A stretch of DNA of 63,310 bases, filler included, from Octopus bimaculoides (lineage: Eukaryota): NCBI RefSeq assembly GCF_001194135.2. It is 8 parts of 7 records of this genome, joined end to end, with 100 filler letters (N's around TTAATTAATTAA, not from the genome) between each part and the next. Parts side by side here need not be neighbours in the genome. Positions count along the whole stretch, not along the records: positions 60,772 to 63,310 come from NC_068996.1; 7 more parts are not named here. The stretch is one strand, 5' to 3'. The notes beneath the pieces are model-generated. The model was not told the origin of the DNA. It saw nothing but the letters and a program-made list of their open reading frames with translations, and did no database searches. This document shows positions 61,124-63,310 of the stretch, in pieces; within the stretch, counting starts at the first letter, position 1; each line of letters begins with the position of its first letter. The position numbers were made by a program, and so were the translations under genes.

Positions 61124-62098
61124 ACGAGGCAAGAAGCGGTAGGCATACCGTTCTTTCAAACGAAACACTCGCCAATATTTCTGATAAACTGTTGGCAAGC
61201 CCATCAAAGTCCTTATGCAAATTGTCACAGGAAACGGAAGTCAGCCTAAGAAGTGCTCACACGGTAGTAAAAAAGAAATTAAAATTCTTTCCATACAAAA
61301 CGCTGGCCATTCAAGATTTGAAGACTACGGATCATGCTAAGAGGCTTCATTATTGTCATTGGTTTCAAAATTTTGCTGCTGAAAAAGGCATAAAAGTGCT
61401 GGATGGGTGTTTTTACACTGATGAGGCTTAGTTTCATCTGTCGGGGCACATAAATTCGCAAAACACAAGGTAATGGAGCACTGAGAATCCACACGCGACG
61501 CATGCGCAACCTCTACGTCCCGAAAAAGTTCGAATATGGATTGTAATTTCGAGAAAGTGTATTACGGGACCGATATTTTTTGAAGACACCATCAGCACCG
61601 AGAGATATTCCTCAAACATCGTCTATCCATTTCTAGGCCAACTCACTGAATGTGAAATTAATAATGCATACTTTCAGCAAGATGGAGTTTACAGCACATA
61701 CTTCGCGCATCACCATAGCGCTACATCAAGAATTTTTCGGTGAGCGGATTATTTCGAGGGGACTTTGACCACCAAGATCATCTGATTTAACTTTTTCTGG
61801 GGAGCAAGTAAAGGATCAGTGTACAAGAATCGACCGAAAACCCTTAATGAGCTAAAAGACGCAATCATAACATTCACACTGTCCATACTGCGTTAGACTC
61901 TCCTAGATGTATTTCAAAACATGTGTAAAAGAGTCAACTTATGTATTGAAAATGAAGGACGACACTTTCAACGCCTCTTATAAGTTTTTTTTAAGTCTTG
62001 TAAAGTCTAATATATTCTTCAGTGGTCTTATACTATCTTATAAACATTTATTTTGCAATAAAATACTTACTGCGGAGAGACTTTTTGAACAACCTGTA
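61124..62098 (+). mobile_element. Degenerate Tc1/mariner transposon (DDxD type), 3' two-thirds with TIR
   Basis: SPSKSL, FFPYK, FYTDEA*FHLSGHINSQN, GPIFF, FQQDG, L*PPRSSDLT, NRPKTLNELK, GRHFQRLL*; ends CTTTTTGAACAACCTG-TA. Confidence 0.9.
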
Positions 62099-62204
62099 TG
62101 TGTGACTGCGCTCAGGTGTTGCCCCAGTAACCTTAAATTTTCATTGTTCTTCTCGATTGTTTCTGGAGAATGCGAATTAGTTACCAGTTCTTTCTTTCTT
62201 TCTT

Positions 62205-62249
<45 letters not shown>

Positions 62250-62377
62250 GAGAACCCATGAATTTCTAGATTTCGATGCAAATCAATTGTCGCGTAACGT
62301 AGTACACCAATAACTATAATAGGAATAATGCAAACCTGTAACCTTGATATAAGAGCTGTGGGTTCTCATCAGTTCTT

Positions 62378-62725
62378 ATTTCTTTACTGCCCACAAGGGG
62401 CTGAACACAGAGGAGACAAACAAGGACAGACAAAGGGATTAAGTCGATTACATCGACCTCAGTGCGTAACTGGTACTAAATTTACNNNNNNNNNNCCCCG
62501 AAAGGATGAAAGGCAAAGTCGATCTTGGCGGAATTTGAACTCAGAACGTAACGGCAGACGAAATACCGCTAAGCATTTCACCTGGTGTGCTAACGTTTCC
62601 TATTTCTTTATTGCTCACAAGGGGCTAAACACAGAGGGGACAAACAAGGACAGACAAAGGGATTAAGTCGATTACATCGACCTCAGTGCGTAACTGGTAC
62701 TAAATTTACCGACCCCGAAAGGATG
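62378..62725 (-). mobile_element. Two tandem SINE family B copies sharing private mutations
   Basis: Both carry GACCTCAGTG and CTAAATTTAC variants absent from the 28.1 kb copy. Confidence 0.85.
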
Positions 62726-62819
62726 AAAGGCAAAATCGTGTGGAGCACAGGAGTTCACTTAAACCCATTATATTATCCTCACTGTTGAATCTACAAGCTA
62801 TGTACTCATTTCTCTCTTT

Positions 62820-63035
62820 ATTAAGGCAGTAAACTAGCAGAATCGTTAGCAAGCCGGGTAAAATGCTTGTCGATATTTCGTCCGTCTTTACATTCTAATT
62901 TCAAATACCACCGAGGTCGACTTTGCTTTTTCATCCTTTCGGGCTCGATTAAATAAGTACCAGTTACGCACTGGGGTTGATGTAATCAACTAGTCCTCTC
63001 CCTCAAATTTTCAGGCTTTGTTCCTATAGTAAATA
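62820..63035 (+). mobile_element. SINE family B
   Basis: CTAGCAGAATCGTTAGC head through GGGGTTGATGTAATC and tail. Confidence 0.9.
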
Positions 63036-63257
63036 GATTGTTCAGTGGGTGTTGTCTAACTATGTATGCATTTATGTATGCGTATATGTGCTTGGATACA
63101 TATTATGTGAGTCAGCTATTGAGAAGGAAATATTTATCTATTGATAGTAACAACACAATTCTTCCTATAAATATGTTAAATGAATGCTAATAATGTTTAT
63201 GTATGTATGTATGTATGTATGTATGTATGTATATATGTATATAAATAAATAAATAAA

Positions 63258-63310
<53 letters not shown>

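Overview
Animal genomic DNA, AT-rich and repeat-dominated, with many N-gaps. The SINE, R4/Dong and Penelope repertoire plus the microsatellite load suggest an octopus (inference). Seven gaps carry a TTAATTAATTAA linker, so order across those joins is uncertain. Genes seen: (1) the last two coding exons of coatomer beta-prime (COPB2) on the minus strand (27777-27938, 26340-26375); (2) the last three exons of an unidentified single-pass membrane protein on the plus strand (33025-34165), whose Tyr-rich tail carries QYEEIP, IYGAP and RQLPSTP signalling motifs; (3) a probable promoter and non-coding first exon near 41.2 kb; (4) a few weaker candidate exons. The rest is mobile DNA: RLE-type LINEs stacked in microsatellites, Tx1/L1 and RTE fragments, Penelope GIY-YIG remnants, two hAT transposases, several Tc1/mariner/maT relics, a piggyBac-type MITE and many tRNA-derived SINEs. 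The most unusual signal is a set of minimal hammerhead-ribozyme-like motifs in several unrelated repeat families, including one inside a tRNA-headed SINE, with recurrent core variants. Most ORFs in the supplied track are microsatellite or gap artefacts. Family assignments come from motif recognition, not database searches.
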